A DNA stretch of 64,000 nt, from positions 13,173 through 77,172 of the forward strand of contig JAFRJV010000134.1 in the NCBI GenBank assembly GCA_017432075.1, given 5' to 3'. The notes under the pieces were generated by a model. It ran no database searches and was not told the origin of the DNA. It saw nothing but the letters and a program-made list of their open reading frames with translations. Shown piece after piece: positions 18,788-28,525 of this stretch. The position numbers and the translations under genes are program-made. This DNA comes from Mogibacterium sp. Lineage in GTDB: Bacteria; Bacillota; Clostridia; Peptostreptococcales; Anaerovoracaceae. Each line of letters begins with the position of its first letter. The stretch's first letter is position 1.

Positions 18788-19972
18788 ATGAAAGAATTCG
18801 AACTCAAATACGGTTGTAACCCTAATCAGAAACCGGCGAGGATTTTCATGGAGGGCGGCGCTGAGCTGCCACTTGAGGTCCTGAACGGAAGGCCGGGATA
18901 CATAAACTTTCTTGACGCGCTGAACTCGTGGCAGCTCGTCCGCGAGCTCAAAGAGGCTCTCGGACTGCCGGCTGCCGCTTCATTCAAGCATGTCAGCCCG
19001 GCAGGCGCCGCCGTAGGGCTCCCGCTGACGGATAAGATGAAGAAGGCATGCTTCGTTGACGATATCGAGGGCCTGGATGACTCACCGCTTGCCTGCGCGT
19101 ATGCAAGGGCAAGGGGCACGGACCGCATGTGCTCATTCGGTGACTGGATCGCTCTGTCGGATATCTGCGACGAGACAACAGCGCGCATCATCAAGCGCGA
19201 GGTCTCGGACGGAGTCATCGCGCCGGGCTACACAGAAGAGGCTCTGGAGCTTCTGAAACAGAAGAAAAAGGGCGGCTATAACATAGTGCAGATCGACCCG
19301 GATTATCTTCCTCCTGAGAAGGAGACGAAGCAGGTGTTCGGAGTCACTTTCGAGCAGGGACACAACTTCTTTAAGATCGACCGCGAGCTTCTCTCAAATG
19401 TCGTGACAGAGAAGAAGGAGCTCCCTGAGGAAGCCGTACGCGACCTCATCGTGGCTCTGATCACTCTCAAATATACTCAGTCGAATTCCGTATGCTACGC
19501 GCACGACGGACAGGCTATAGGGGTTGGCGCGGGTCAGCAGTCCAGAGTGCACTGCACAAGACTCGCGGGCAGCAAGGCAGACACATGGTTCCTGCGCATG
19601 CATGATAAAGTGCTGGGCCTGCCTTTCAAAGACGAGATAAGACGTCCTGACAGAGACAATGTCATCGACGCTTACATAAACAAGAATGAAGAGGACTGCT
19701 GCGCAGAAGGCGTATGGCAGAAGTATTTCACAGAGCAGCCGGAGCGTTTCACGGATGAGGAACAGAGGGCGTACCTCGATTCGATCAGCGGAGTATCGTG
19801 CGGATCGGACGCGTTCTTCCCGTTCTTCGACAACGTGCAGAGAGCAGCCGCATCGGGTGTTAGCTATATAGCACAGCCAGGCGGTTCGATCCGCGATGAC
19901 GCAGTTATCGACTGCTGCAACAGGCTCGGAATAGCAATGGCCTTCACAGGCATGCGTTTATTCCATCATTAA
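18788..19972 (+). CDS. purH: AICAR formyltransferase (AICARFT domain only, no MGS-like IMPCH domain)
   Basis: 394 aa with KYGCNPNQ, SFKHVSPAGAAVG and a C-terminal GMRLFHH typical of the PurH C-terminus. Confidence 0.8.
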   Translation: MKEFELKYGCNPNQKPARIFMEGGAELPLEVLNGRPGYINFLDALNSWQLVRELKEALGLPAAASFKHVSPAGAAVGLPLTDKMKKACFVDDIEGLDDSPLACAYARARGTDRMCSFGDWIALSDICDETTARIIKREVSDGVIAPGYTEEALELLKQKKKGGYNIVQIDPDYLPPEKETKQVFGVTFEQGHNFFKIDRELLSNVVTEKKELPEEAVRDLIVALITLKYTQSNSVCYAHDGQAIGVGAGQQSRVHCTRLAGSKADTWFLRMHDKVLGLPFKDEIRRPDRDNVIDAYINKNEEDCCAEGVWQKYFTEQPERFTDEEQRAYLDSISGVSCGSDAFFPFFDNVQRAAASGVSYIAQPGGSIRDDAVIDCCNRLGIAMAFTGMRLFHH

Positions 19973-20006
19973 AACTGCAAAGAGTGAAATGGAAGGAGCG
20001 TCCGGG

Positions 20007-21272
20007 ATGGATATTCTGGTAGTCGGAGGAGGCGGCCGCGAGCACGCCATAATAAAGAAGCTGAGAGAGAACGCCGGTGTAGACAGGATCTACGCACTGC
20101 CGGGCAACGGCGGCATCGCTATGGACGCCGAGTGCTATCCGGTAAAGGCGACTGACATAGAGGGCATCAAGGCCTTCGCTAAGGAACACAGACCTGACTA
20201 TGCTGTTGTGGCTCCCGATGATCCGCTCGTGATGGGCTGCGTCGATGAGCTTACCAACATCGGCATCCCGTGCTTCGGGCCGAACGCGGCTGCGGCCGTG
20301 ATAGAGGGCAGCAAGGTGTTCTCGAAGAACCTCATGAAGAAGTACGGAATACCGACTGCACGCTATCATACATTCGACAACATTGACGATGCACTCTACT
20401 ACCTTGAGAGCGCGCCTGTACCTACAGTCATAAAGGCTGACGGTCTGGCTCTCGGAAAGGGCGTTGTGATCGCGGAAACACGTGAGGATGCCGTAGATGC
20501 CGTCAGGTCGATGATGCAGGATCACAAATTCGGAGAGAGCGGCGACCGCATAGTCATCGAGGAGTTCCTCGAGGGACCGGAGGTTTCGGTGCTCGCGTTC
20601 ACGGACGGCAAGACAATAGTCCCGATGATAAGCTCGATGGACCACAAGCGCGCAGGCGACGGTGACACGGGCCTCAACACGGGCGGCATGGGCACCGTCG
20701 CACCAAATCCGTATTATACGGATGAGGCGGCGGCACGATGCATGGAGGAGATATTCGTGCCGACGATGCGCGCGATGAACGCAGAGGGCCGCACGTTTAA
20801 GGGCTGCCTGTACTTCGGCCTCATGCTTACGGCAAAGGGCCCTAAAGTCATAGAGTACAACTGCAGGTTCGGAGATCCTGAAGCACAGGTGGTACTCCCG
20901 CTCCTCGAAACAGACCTTCTGACTGTCATGCAGGCGGTCACCGAGGAGAGACTGGCGGATATCGATGTTAAGTGGAAGGAGGACAGCGCATGCTGCGTGA
21001 TCGCCGCTTCAGACGGATACCCGATCAGCTATGAAAAAGGATATGAGATATACATCCCTGATGATGTTCTTCCGCATGTATACGTTGCCGGCGCCGTCGA
21101 AGAGGAGGGCAGACTGCTCACCTCCGGCGGAAGAGTGCTGGGTGTCACGGCTGTAGAGCCGACACTGGCAGAAGCCATAGAAGCATCGTATGACATGCTC
21201 GACAGGATAGATTTTGCAAACAAGTATTACAGAGCGGATATTGGACAGAGAGCGCTTAAAGCTTTCAGATAG
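20007..21272 (+). CDS. purD: GAR synthetase
   Basis: Start set at MDILVVGGGGREHAI, followed by an ATP-grasp body. Confidence 0.9.
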   Translation: MDILVVGGGGREHAIIKKLRENAGVDRIYALPGNGGIAMDAECYPVKATDIEGIKAFAKEHRPDYAVVAPDDPLVMGCVDELTNIGIPCFGPNAAAAVIEGSKVFSKNLMKKYGIPTARYHTFDNIDDALYYLESAPVPTVIKADGLALGKGVVIAETREDAVDAVRSMMQDHKFGESGDRIVIEEFLEGPEVSVLAFTDGKTIVPMISSMDHKRAGDGDTGLNTGGMGTVAPNPYYTDEAAARCMEEIFVPTMRAMNAEGRTFKGCLYFGLMLTAKGPKVIEYNCRFGDPEAQVVLPLLETDLLTVMQAVTEERLADIDVKWKEDSACCVIAASDGYPISYEKGYEIYIPDDVLPHVYVAGAVEEEGRLLTSGGRVLGVTAVEPTLAEAIEASYDMLDRIDFANKYYRADIGQRALKAFR

Positions 21273-21284
21273 AAGGAGCGAATA

Positions 21285-24200
21285 ATGGTCTACAGGATAT
21301 ACGTAGAGAAAAAAACCGGCCTTGCGAACGAGGCGGCCGCACTCAGGAGCGATATAAAGACGCTGCTTGGAATCGACCGCATCGAAGACGTCAGGGTCAT
21401 TAACAGATACGATGTTGAGAACATCGACGAGGCACTGTTTGCGGACTGCAGATGGAAGGTGTTTGCTGAACCTCAGCTCGATAACACTTTTGACTCGCTT
21501 GAGGAGCTGACAAACCTTTTCGTTGACGACAACGGTTATGCGTACGACGACGAGGAGAGGACACACAAGGCAGCCTTCGTATTCGCTGTCGAAGCGCTTC
21601 CGGGACAGTATGACCAGCGTGCGGACTCAGCTGAACAGTGCGTACAGATAATCAGCCGCGGAGAAAGACCGACGGTAAGGTTTGCAAGAGTATACGTGCT
21701 CTGCGGAGAGCTCATGCCGGCAGATATAGACGCCGTCATGAATTATGTGATCAACCCGGTAGAGACGAGAGCGGCTTCTCTCGAAATGCCGGAGACTCTC
21801 GAGATGCATTACGATATCCCTACAGAGGTGAAAGTGCTCGAGGGCTTCAACAACATGACTGAAGCCGAGATGAGAGGCTGCATCAAGTCGATGGGACTCG
21901 CAATGGATGAAGCGGATCTCGCTATGTGCATGGAATACTTCCGCGACACAGAGCACAGGGATCCTACGATCACAGAGCTCCGCATGATAGACACCTACTG
22001 GTCCGATCATTGCAGACATACGACATTCAACACGGTGATCGACAGCGTCACCTTTGAAGATCCTCTGCTCGAGAAGGCCTACAAGGATTACCTGAGCGTC
22101 AGAAGAGAGCTCGGAAGGGACAAGCCTGTTACCCTCATGGACATCGCGACGATCGCGGTAAGGCTTCTGAAGAGAGAAGGCAAGCTTGACAAACTCGATG
22201 AGTCAGAAGAGATCAACGCATGCACGGTAATGGTGAACGTCGAAGTCGACGGTGAGAACGAGCCGTGGCTGCTGCTCTTCAAGAATGAGACACACAACCA
22301 TCCGACTGAGATCGAACCGTTCGGCGGAGCGGCGACATGCCTCGGCGGATGTATCAGAGACCCGCTTTCGGGAAGGGCATATGCTTACTCCGCAATGAGA
22401 GTCACCGGCGCGGCAGATCCGCTGCAGCCTGTATCGGAGACACTGCCGGGCAAGCTCCCGCAGAGATCGATCACGACCACTGCTGCAAGGGGCTATTCAA
22501 GCTACGGAAACCAGATCGGACTGTGCACGGGTATAGTCGATGAGATATATCATCCGGGATACGCTGCAAAGCGCATGGAAGTCGGCGCTGTCATGGCGGC
22601 GGCTCCGGCAGTCAACGTAAGAAGAGAACGTCCGGAACCGGGCGACGTAGTCATGCTGCTCGGCGGATCCACGGGACGCGACGGTATCGGCGGTGCGACC
22701 GGCTCTTCCAAGGCTCATGACGTGCACTCGGTAGAAACATGCGGCGCAGAAGTCCAGAAGGGCAACGCGCCGGAAGAGCGCAAGATACAGAGACTCTTCC
22801 GCGACGGTATCGCGACCCGCATGATCAAGAAGTGCAACGACTTCGGAGCGGGCGGAGTCAGCGTAGCCATCGGCGAGCTGGCAGACGGCCTCGACATCGA
22901 CCTCGATGCAGTTCCTAAGAAATACGAAGGCCTCGACGGCACTGAACTTGCAATAAGCGAGTCTCAGGAAAGAATGGCCTGCGTTATTTCAGCAGATAAC
23001 GAGAAGCTGTTCAAGCTCATCGCGAGCGGCGAGAACCTACAGTGCGTGAAGGTGGCGACGGTCACAGAAGAGCCGCGTCTCGTAATGCGCTGGAACGGAA
23101 ACAAGATAGTAGACGTCTCCAGAGAGTTTCTCAACTCGAACGGAGCGGACAAACATATAGACATCGCACCTGAGTCGCCGCGCGACTGGAAGTCGACAAG
23201 CTTTTACGGCAGCAGCAGAAGCTTCAGCGCAGGCATGCGCAGAGTCGCTGCAGACCTCAACACCTGCTCGAAGCAGGGACTGTCGCAGCGCTTTGACTCC
23301 ACGATCGGAGCCGGCACGGTGCTCATGCCTTTCGGAGGCATCAATCAGATCACACCGATCCAGGCGATGGTGCACAAGATCCCGCTGGAGAAGGGCAATA
23401 CTGACGACTGCTCACTCATGGCATGGGGTTACAACCCGTACATCTCCGAGGCATCGCCATATCACGGTGCATACCTCGCAGTCATTGAATCGGTATCAAA
23501 ACTGATAGCAACAGGAGCATCCTTCAAGGATGTATACCTCTCGTTCCAGGAGTACTTCGGATCACCTAAGCAGGACGGAGCAAGATGGGGCAAGCCTTTC
23601 GCGGCCCTGCTCGGTGCGTTCGAAGCTCAGATCGGACTCGGCATCGGATCGATAGGCGGCAAGGACTCCATGAGCGGAACGTTCGAAGGACTCGATGTGC
23701 CTCCTACGCTCATCTCGTTTGCGGTCACCATGAGCAAGACGGGCAATATCGTTTCGCCTGAATTCAAGAAGGCAGGGCACAGAGTGGTGCTGTTCAGGCC
23801 TTACTTGGATGAGGACGGCAGCGGCGCAGGAAAAGGGCTTCCGAAGGCCGATTCTCTCATCAGACTGTGGAACAAGGTGTCTGAGATGGCCGCATCAGGT
23901 GAAGCGGTCGCTGCATATACACCGGGCATCGGAGGCATAGCAGAAGCAGTGATGAAGATGAGCTACGGAAACGGCATCGGATTCAGCTTCGAGCCAATGG
24001 ATCTGGAGGATATCTTCGGGTACTGCTACGGCGGAATGATACTCGAAGTCACCGATACGGCAGATATCACCGGACGCTCGTTCGACATAGAACTTCTCGG
24101 ATATACTACAGAGGAGCAGACAATAAGCTGGGGAACTGAGAGCATAGGACTCGCAGAACTGCTCGGACTGTATCAGGGCAGACTCGAGACGGTATTCCCG

Positions 24201-25082
24201 ACACTGACAGCCGGCATGACCGGTCCGGTCAGCAATCTTGAATACAGAGCGCGCAGCTGGCATACGCCGGTATTCAAGCGTGCAGAACCTAAAGTGCTCA
24301 TTCCGGTATTCCCGGGAACTAACTGCGAATACGACAGTGCCCGTGCTATACGCGAAGCGGGCGGAAACCCGGAGATCATAGTTATCAAGAACCGCAGCTC
24401 TGACGAGATCAGCAGATCGGTCGAAGCATTCGCGGCGTCCCTCAAAGAGGCCCAGATGGTATTCATACCGGGTGGCTTCTCAGGCGGAGACGAACCTGAT
24501 GGTTCCGCAAAATTCATAACTGCATTTTTCAGGAATGCTGCAGTGACGGAAGGCGTCACGGAGCTCCTCGATAAGAATGACGGTCTTTTGTGCGGTATCT
24601 GCAACGGATTCCAGGCGCTCATCAAACTCGGACTTGTGCCTTACGGAAAGATCATCGACACTGACGAGAACTGTCCGACCCTGACATACAACACGATCGG
24701 CAGCCACCAGTCAAAGATCGTACGCGTGAGAGTCGCCTCGAACAAATCGCCATGGCTGAGATTCTGCAATGTGGGCGATATATATTCAGTACCGGTCTCA
24801 CACGGCGAGGGCAGATTCATCGCACCTGAAGACGTGATAAAGAGCATGGCGACTTCAGGACAGATCGCGACTCAGTACGTCGACCTCGACGGCAATGCAT
24901 CATCGGATATCCTGTTCAACCCGAACGGATCAATGATGGCGATCGAGGGAATCACTTCGCCGGACGGCAGAGTATTCGGCAAGATGGGACATGCCGAGAG
25001 AGTCGGAAGCGGCCTGTACAAGAACGTGCCGGGCGAGTACTTCATGCACATGTTTGAAAGCGGCATAAGATACTTCAAATAA
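21285..25082 (+). CDS. purL: FGAM synthase, large single-chain form
   Basis: 1265 aa. HNHPTEIEPFGGAATCLGG is present, and the C-terminal glutaminase carries GICNGFQAL and SHGEGRF. Confidence 0.9.
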   Translation: MVYRIYVEKKTGLANEAAALRSDIKTLLGIDRIEDVRVINRYDVENIDEALFADCRWKVFAEPQLDNTFDSLEELTNLFVDDNGYAYDDEERTHKAAFVFAVEALPGQYDQRADSAEQCVQIISRGERPTVRFARVYVLCGELMPADIDAVMNYVINPVETRAASLEMPETLEMHYDIPTEVKVLEGFNNMTEAEMRGCIKSMGLAMDEADLAMCMEYFRDTEHRDPTITELRMIDTYWSDHCRHTTFNTVIDSVTFEDPLLEKAYKDYLSVRRELGRDKPVTLMDIATIAVRLLKREGKLDKLDESEEINACTVMVNVEVDGENEPWLLLFKNETHNHPTEIEPFGGAATCLGGCIRDPLSGRAYAYSAMRVTGAADPLQPVSETLPGKLPQRSITTTAARGYSSYGNQIGLCTGIVDEIYHPGYAAKRMEVGAVMAAAPAVNVRRERPEPGDVVMLLGGSTGRDGIGGATGSSKAHDVHSVETCGAEVQKGNAPEERKIQRLFRDGIATRMIKKCNDFGAGGVSVAIGELADGLDIDLDAVPKKYEGLDGTELAISESQERMACVISADNEKLFKLIASGENLQCVKVATVTEEPRLVMRWNGNKIVDVSREFLNSNGADKHIDIAPESPRDWKSTSFYGSSRSFSAGMRRVAADLNTCSKQGLSQRFDSTIGAGTVLMPFGGINQITPIQAMVHKIPLEKGNTDDCSLMAWGYNPYISEASPYHGAYLAVIESVSKLIATGASFKDVYLSFQEYFGSPKQDGARWGKPFAALLGAFEAQIGLGIGSIGGKDSMSGTFEGLDVPPTLISFAVTMSKTGNIVSPEFKKAGHRVVLFRPYLDEDGSGAGKGLPKADSLIRLWNKVSEMAASGEAVAAYTPGIGGIAEAVMKMSYGNGIGFSFEPMDLEDIFGYCYGGMILEVTDTADITGRSFDIELLGYTTEEQTISWGTESIGLAELLGLYQGRLETVFPTLTAGMTGPVSNLEYRARSWHTPVFKRAEPKVLIPVFPGTNCEYDSARAIREAGGNPEIIVIKNRSSDEISRSVEAFAASLKEAQMVFIPGGFSGGDEPDGSAKFITAFFRNAAVTEGVTELLDKNDGLLCGICNGFQALIKLGLVPYGKIIDTDENCPTLTYNTIGSHQSKIVRVRVASNKSPWLRFCNVGDIYSVPVSHGEGRFIAPEDVIKSMATSGQIATQYVDLDGNASSDILFNPNGSMMAIEGITSPDGRVFGKMGHAERVGSGLYKNVPGEYFMHMFESGIRYFK

Positions 25083-25116
25083 GGATCAAAAGTGGCTGAG
25101 CATAGAGGCTTAGGCG

Positions 25117-26079
25117 ATGAAAGAGATATTAACAAAGACGCATTTCACGAACAGGATAATCTGGATACTGCTTATATGGTTTGCGCTTTATGAGTTTGTG
25201 GACAGTCTCCTGACACTGTTTGCAGGAGGGCTGCTGAAGCTGTTTATCCCAAACCGGTCCGCAGGGCTGTCTTTCGTTATCGAGTACTACACACCGCTGC
25301 TTGCATCATGCATATTCTTTATCCTTTTGTGCATGATCGTAAGGAAGAACAGGTTCATGCTGGGTGTCATAAAGCCTTCGCGCCAAAGCAGGAGCATGAA
25401 GATGCTTGGTATGGGATTGCTGCTGGGCTTTCTCACGAACTTCTTCTGCATACTCTGTGCTCTGATACACGGAGACATAAAGCTGTATCTTGATTTTTCC
25501 GTATCACAGATCCCGCTGATGATCTTCGCGCTTATAAGCGTGTTCTTCCAGAGTACTTCTGAAGAACTCTGGTGCAGGTGTTATCTGTATGAAAGGATAA
25601 GTGTACATTATCCTCTTTGGGTCGCCATCGTTATCAACGGATCTATATTCGGACTGATGCACCTCAGCAATCCGGGCATCTCTGCGCTGGCAGTCGCGGA
25701 TCTGATCATCTGCGGCTTGACGTATTCGCTGCTGTGTTGGTATTCAGGCAGCATATGGACATGCTTCGGGATACACACCATGTGGAACTTCACACAGAAC
25801 TTTCTGTTCGGACTTCCTAACAGCGGACTCGTTTCGGAGGCTTCGGTGTTCCATCTCGATGCTGCAACAGGCATCAGCAACTGGATATACAGTTATGAAT
25901 TCGGTGTGGAAGGCGGCGTTCCTGCAGTGTTCATAGATCTTTTACTCGCTGTAGTAATCATTATACTTGCAAAGAGAGACGGCCGCCTGGGCGAGCTGTT
26001 CGAGAGCAAAGAGTCAAGAGGTGAGATGCCGGTGGCAGCACCAAAGGAAGAACCGGTCGTGGAATTCCCGGGAGAATAA
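25117..26079 (+). CDS. CPBP family intramembrane glutamic endopeptidase (CAAX protease-like)
   Basis: Polytopic membrane protein with SEELWCRCY and FGLMHL motifs (EExxxR ... H). Confidence 0.7.
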   Translation: MKEILTKTHFTNRIIWILLIWFALYEFVDSLLTLFAGGLLKLFIPNRSAGLSFVIEYYTPLLASCIFFILLCMIVRKNRFMLGVIKPSRQSRSMKMLGMGLLLGFLTNFFCILCALIHGDIKLYLDFSVSQIPLMIFALISVFFQSTSEELWCRCYLYERISVHYPLWVAIVINGSIFGLMHLSNPGISALAVADLIICGLTYSLLCWYSGSIWTCFGIHTMWNFTQNFLFGLPNSGLVSEASVFHLDAATGISNWIYSYEFGVEGGVPAVFIDLLLAVVIIILAKRDGRLGELFESKESRGEMPVAAPKEEPVVEFPGE

Positions 26080-26099
26080 AACTGAGAGAGGTATAAAGA

Positions 26100-26717
26100 A
26101 TGAGCAGATCATTCAAGGATATTAATATAGAAGATTATTTGAAACGGCTCGGGTCGGGGGACCCGACCCCCGGCGGCGGAGCCGCCGCTGCGCTGACATC
26201 AGCGCAGGGAGCCGCCCTCATCATGATGGTAGCGAACCACACCATAGGAAAACCTAAGTATGCGGAGTTCGAAGAACTCAATAAGGACATACTCAGTGAG
26301 GCAGAAGTACTGCTTGGAAGTCTTACAGATGGTATCGACAATGACGCCATAGCATTCGGAAAGGTATCTGCTGCGTACGCTCTGCCTAAAACTGACGAGG
26401 AGAAGCGTTCAGCTGAGATCGCCTCTGCGTCTGTTCTTGCTGCAGAGGCTCCGCTCATGGTGATGGAGGATTCACTGTCAGCGCTTCGCCTTGCTGCAAC
26501 ACTTAAGGGCCGCTCCAATAAGATGCTTGAGAGCGACGTTTTCGTTGCTGCGCTCCACCTGTATGCCGGTATCAGATCGGCATACTACAATGTAGAAGCC
26601 AATATGCCTGCGATCGCAAAGGCTGATCCTGAACTGGCAATGGAGATGCGTCAGCATACCGCCGATGTCCTTTCCGAAGCAGCTGAGATCTTTGCAGAGC
26701 TGTCCGGTAAAAAATAG
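26100..26717 (+). CDS. Cyclodeaminase/cyclohydrolase family protein (FTCD C-terminal-like)
   Basis: 205 aa with LGSGDPTPGGGAAAALTSAQGAAL, typical of the formiminotetrahydrofolate cyclodeaminase-like family. Confidence 0.7.
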   Translation: MSRSFKDINIEDYLKRLGSGDPTPGGGAAAALTSAQGAALIMMVANHTIGKPKYAEFEELNKDILSEAEVLLGSLTDGIDNDAIAFGKVSAAYALPKTDEEKRSAEIASASVLAAEAPLMVMEDSLSALRLAATLKGRSNKMLESDVFVAALHLYAGIRSAYYNVEANMPAIAKADPELAMEMRQHTADVLSEAAEIFAELSGKK

Positions 26718-26721
26718 CTAT

Positions 26722-27594
26722 ATGGAAAGCGCACGCTGCAAGGCATTCATCGAATCAGTCGAACGCGGAAGCTTCAGGGCTGCCGCAGAGGCTCTCGGCT
26801 ACACACCGTCTGCCGTGAGCCAGCTTGTCGCTGCACTGGAAAAGGATCTGGGGCTTAATCTTCTCGTCCGTTCAAAAAAAGGAGTAAAGGTGACATCGGA
26901 GGGGGCAAAACTTGCGCCTATAGTTCGCTCCTACCTCGCCCGTGAGAAGGAGATGTATGAGCTTGCATCAGAGATGCAGGGTGTCTCCGTCGGAAACCTG
27001 ACTATAGCAGCGTACCCGAGTGTCGCCACTACATGGCTTCCCGAGATCGTCCGCACCTTCCAGAGAGACTTTCCGGACGTGCAGTTCGATATAATGGAAG
27101 GCATTCGCAGCGAGATATTCGGACACCTCGATGATCACGTGGCAGACATGGGATTCCTGGCCTACGCAGAGCCAATGGAATATGAGTGGACTCCGCTCGC
27201 CGAGGAAGCTGTGATAGCGGTCGTTCCCGAGAATCACAGACTGGCCGGCGCAAAGGCGTACCCTATCAAAGAATGTGAAAAAGACAATTTCATAATGACT
27301 TCATGGGGCAAGGACCTGGAGATACAGAATATTTTCAGAAAGAACGACGTATCACCGAATGTAAAATATACGACCTACGATACACCGGCTACGCTCGCAA
27401 TGGTGAGGATGGGCCTGGGTGTGAGCTTCGTCAACGAACTCTCCGCCCAGTTCTGGAACGATCATCTTGTAAAACTGCCGCTGGATCCGCCTCAGAAGGT
27501 CGAATTCGGCATAGCATATACATCCAGAGAACACATGACAGCGGCGGCGAAGAAGTTCTACGACTACGCCATCCGCTGCATCAGAGGAGAATGA
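26722..27594 (+). CDS. LysR family transcriptional regulator
   Basis: Start at MESARCKAFIESVERGSFRAAAEALGYTPSAVSQLV (HTH), followed by a LysR substrate-binding domain. Confidence 0.85.
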   Translation: MESARCKAFIESVERGSFRAAAEALGYTPSAVSQLVAALEKDLGLNLLVRSKKGVKVTSEGAKLAPIVRSYLAREKEMYELASEMQGVSVGNLTIAAYPSVATTWLPEIVRTFQRDFPDVQFDIMEGIRSEIFGHLDDHVADMGFLAYAEPMEYEWTPLAEEAVIAVVPENHRLAGAKAYPIKECEKDNFIMTSWGKDLEIQNIFRKNDVSPNVKYTTYDTPATLAMVRMGLGVSFVNELSAQFWNDHLVKLPLDPPQKVEFGIAYTSREHMTAAAKKFYDYAIRCIRGE

Positions 27595-27606
27595 TAATAA
27601 AGAAAC

Positions 27607-27637
27607 CCGGAGGCTTGCACCTCCGGATTCCTTTTTT
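27607..27637. terminator. Rho-independent terminator (usable from both strands)
   Basis: CCGGAGG-cttgca-CCTCCGG followed by TTTTTT, between the LysR gene and the convergent small ORF. Confidence 0.6.
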
Positions 27638-27671
27638 ATGATCGTATTATGGATAAGTCCTTTTGTTCGGT

Positions 27672-27758
27672 TTATTTATCGATCACGTCCTCAGCTGTCC
27701 ACTCAGCACCTACGTACATTGCCATTGCGACTGCGATGATGATTCCCTCTACTAACAT
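27672..27758 (-). CDS. Unannotated 28-aa hydrophobic/acidic peptide
   Basis: MLVEGIIIAVAMAMYVGAEWTAEDVIDK*. A strong RBS AAAGGAGGTAAGGTC precedes the ATG. The ORF is below the ORF-track size cut-off. Confidence 0.35.
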   Translation of the reverse strand: MLVEGIIIAVAMAMYVGAEWTAEDVIDK

Positions 27759-27927
27759 GACCTTACCTCCTTTATTTCCATACGCCCCTCGGCTTCATTC
27801 CTGAAGATCGGAGTCTTCGATTCGCCGTCCGGCGTTTCTCTTCTCTTCTTGTCTGTATTATAGGCCTGGATCTGATTAAAGTAAAACTATAGATTTTAAT
27901 CAATGTGAATAGTAATACTTAACACAT

Positions 27928-28095
27928 GCGGAAATACCACCCTGCAAAAGTCCTCGAAAGCACGAAGCACAAGCCGCACCATCGATCCTCCAGTCGCCTC
28001 CGGGAATAAGTTCCCGGAGTTCGTTTCGTCGTCGGATCGCTGCCGCGGTGTGCTTCTGCACTTTCTGCGGGTTTTTTGCAGGTTGGTATTTCCGC
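27928..28095. repeat. 168-nt extended imperfect palindrome (long hairpin); candidate structured sRNA or MITE-like element
   Basis: Outer arms GCGGAAATACCAcCCTGCAAAA / TTTTGCAGGtTGGTATTTCCGC. Apical stem CTCCGGGAA-taag-TTCCCGGAG. Internal loops and partial pairing lie between. Confidence 0.5.
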
Positions 28096-28104
28096 CTTAT
28101 ATTA

Positions 28105-28133
28105 TTGATTTACAGATTCTATAATTGTAGAAT
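28105..28133 (+). promoter_or_regulatory. Promoter of the rubredoxin gene
   Basis: TTGATT, a 17-nt spacer, then TGtAGAAT (extended -10), about 48 nt upstream of the ATG. Confidence 0.55.
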
Positions 28134-28180
28134 GCAAGTGTAGGAAAGCTCATTTTGCTTTGATTTACAGGAGGAAAATT

Positions 28181-28339
28181 ATGGATAAGTATGTATGCGC
28201 TATCTGCGGTTATGTTTATGATCCTGAAGTCGGTGATCCGGATAACGGAGTTGAGCCGGGCACAGCATGGGAAGATGTTCCTGAAGATTGGGTTTGCCCT
28301 CTGTGCGGAGTAGGCAAAGACAACTTCGAAGCTGAATAA
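28181..28339 (+). CDS. Rubredoxin
   Basis: 52 aa, [23 protein letters not shown]...[14 protein letters not shown], with two CxxCG knuckles. GGAGG RBS. Below the ORF-track cut-off. Confidence 0.9.
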   Translation: MDKYVCAICGYVYDPEVGDPDNGVEPGTAWEDVPEDWVCPLCGVGKDNFEAE

Positions 28340-28360
28340 ACAAAAGAATAATATGTAAAG

Positions 28361-28390
28361 AACAGAGCGCATACATTGCGCTCTGTTTTC
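28361..28390 (+). terminator. Rho-independent terminator after rubredoxin
   Basis: 11-bp stem AACAGAGCGCA / TGCGCTCTGTT followed by a T-run. Confidence 0.7.
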
Positions 28391-28525
28391 TTATGTAAAC
28401 GGTCAGCATGTGATTCTGCACTTTTGTCATAATGGTACTCATCTGGTATTGTTAACAGTTGTTGCAGCGTGATAAGATTGATAGGTAATCAATATTTTCC
28501 TTACCGTAGGAGGAGGAGACAGTAT

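Noticed and set aside
28391-28525. A Rex operator upstream of the NfnA-like gene
   Set aside because: Only one half-site-like TTGTTAA (around 28447) is present, and the partner half-site (TTAACAA after 4 nt) is not. That is insufficient.
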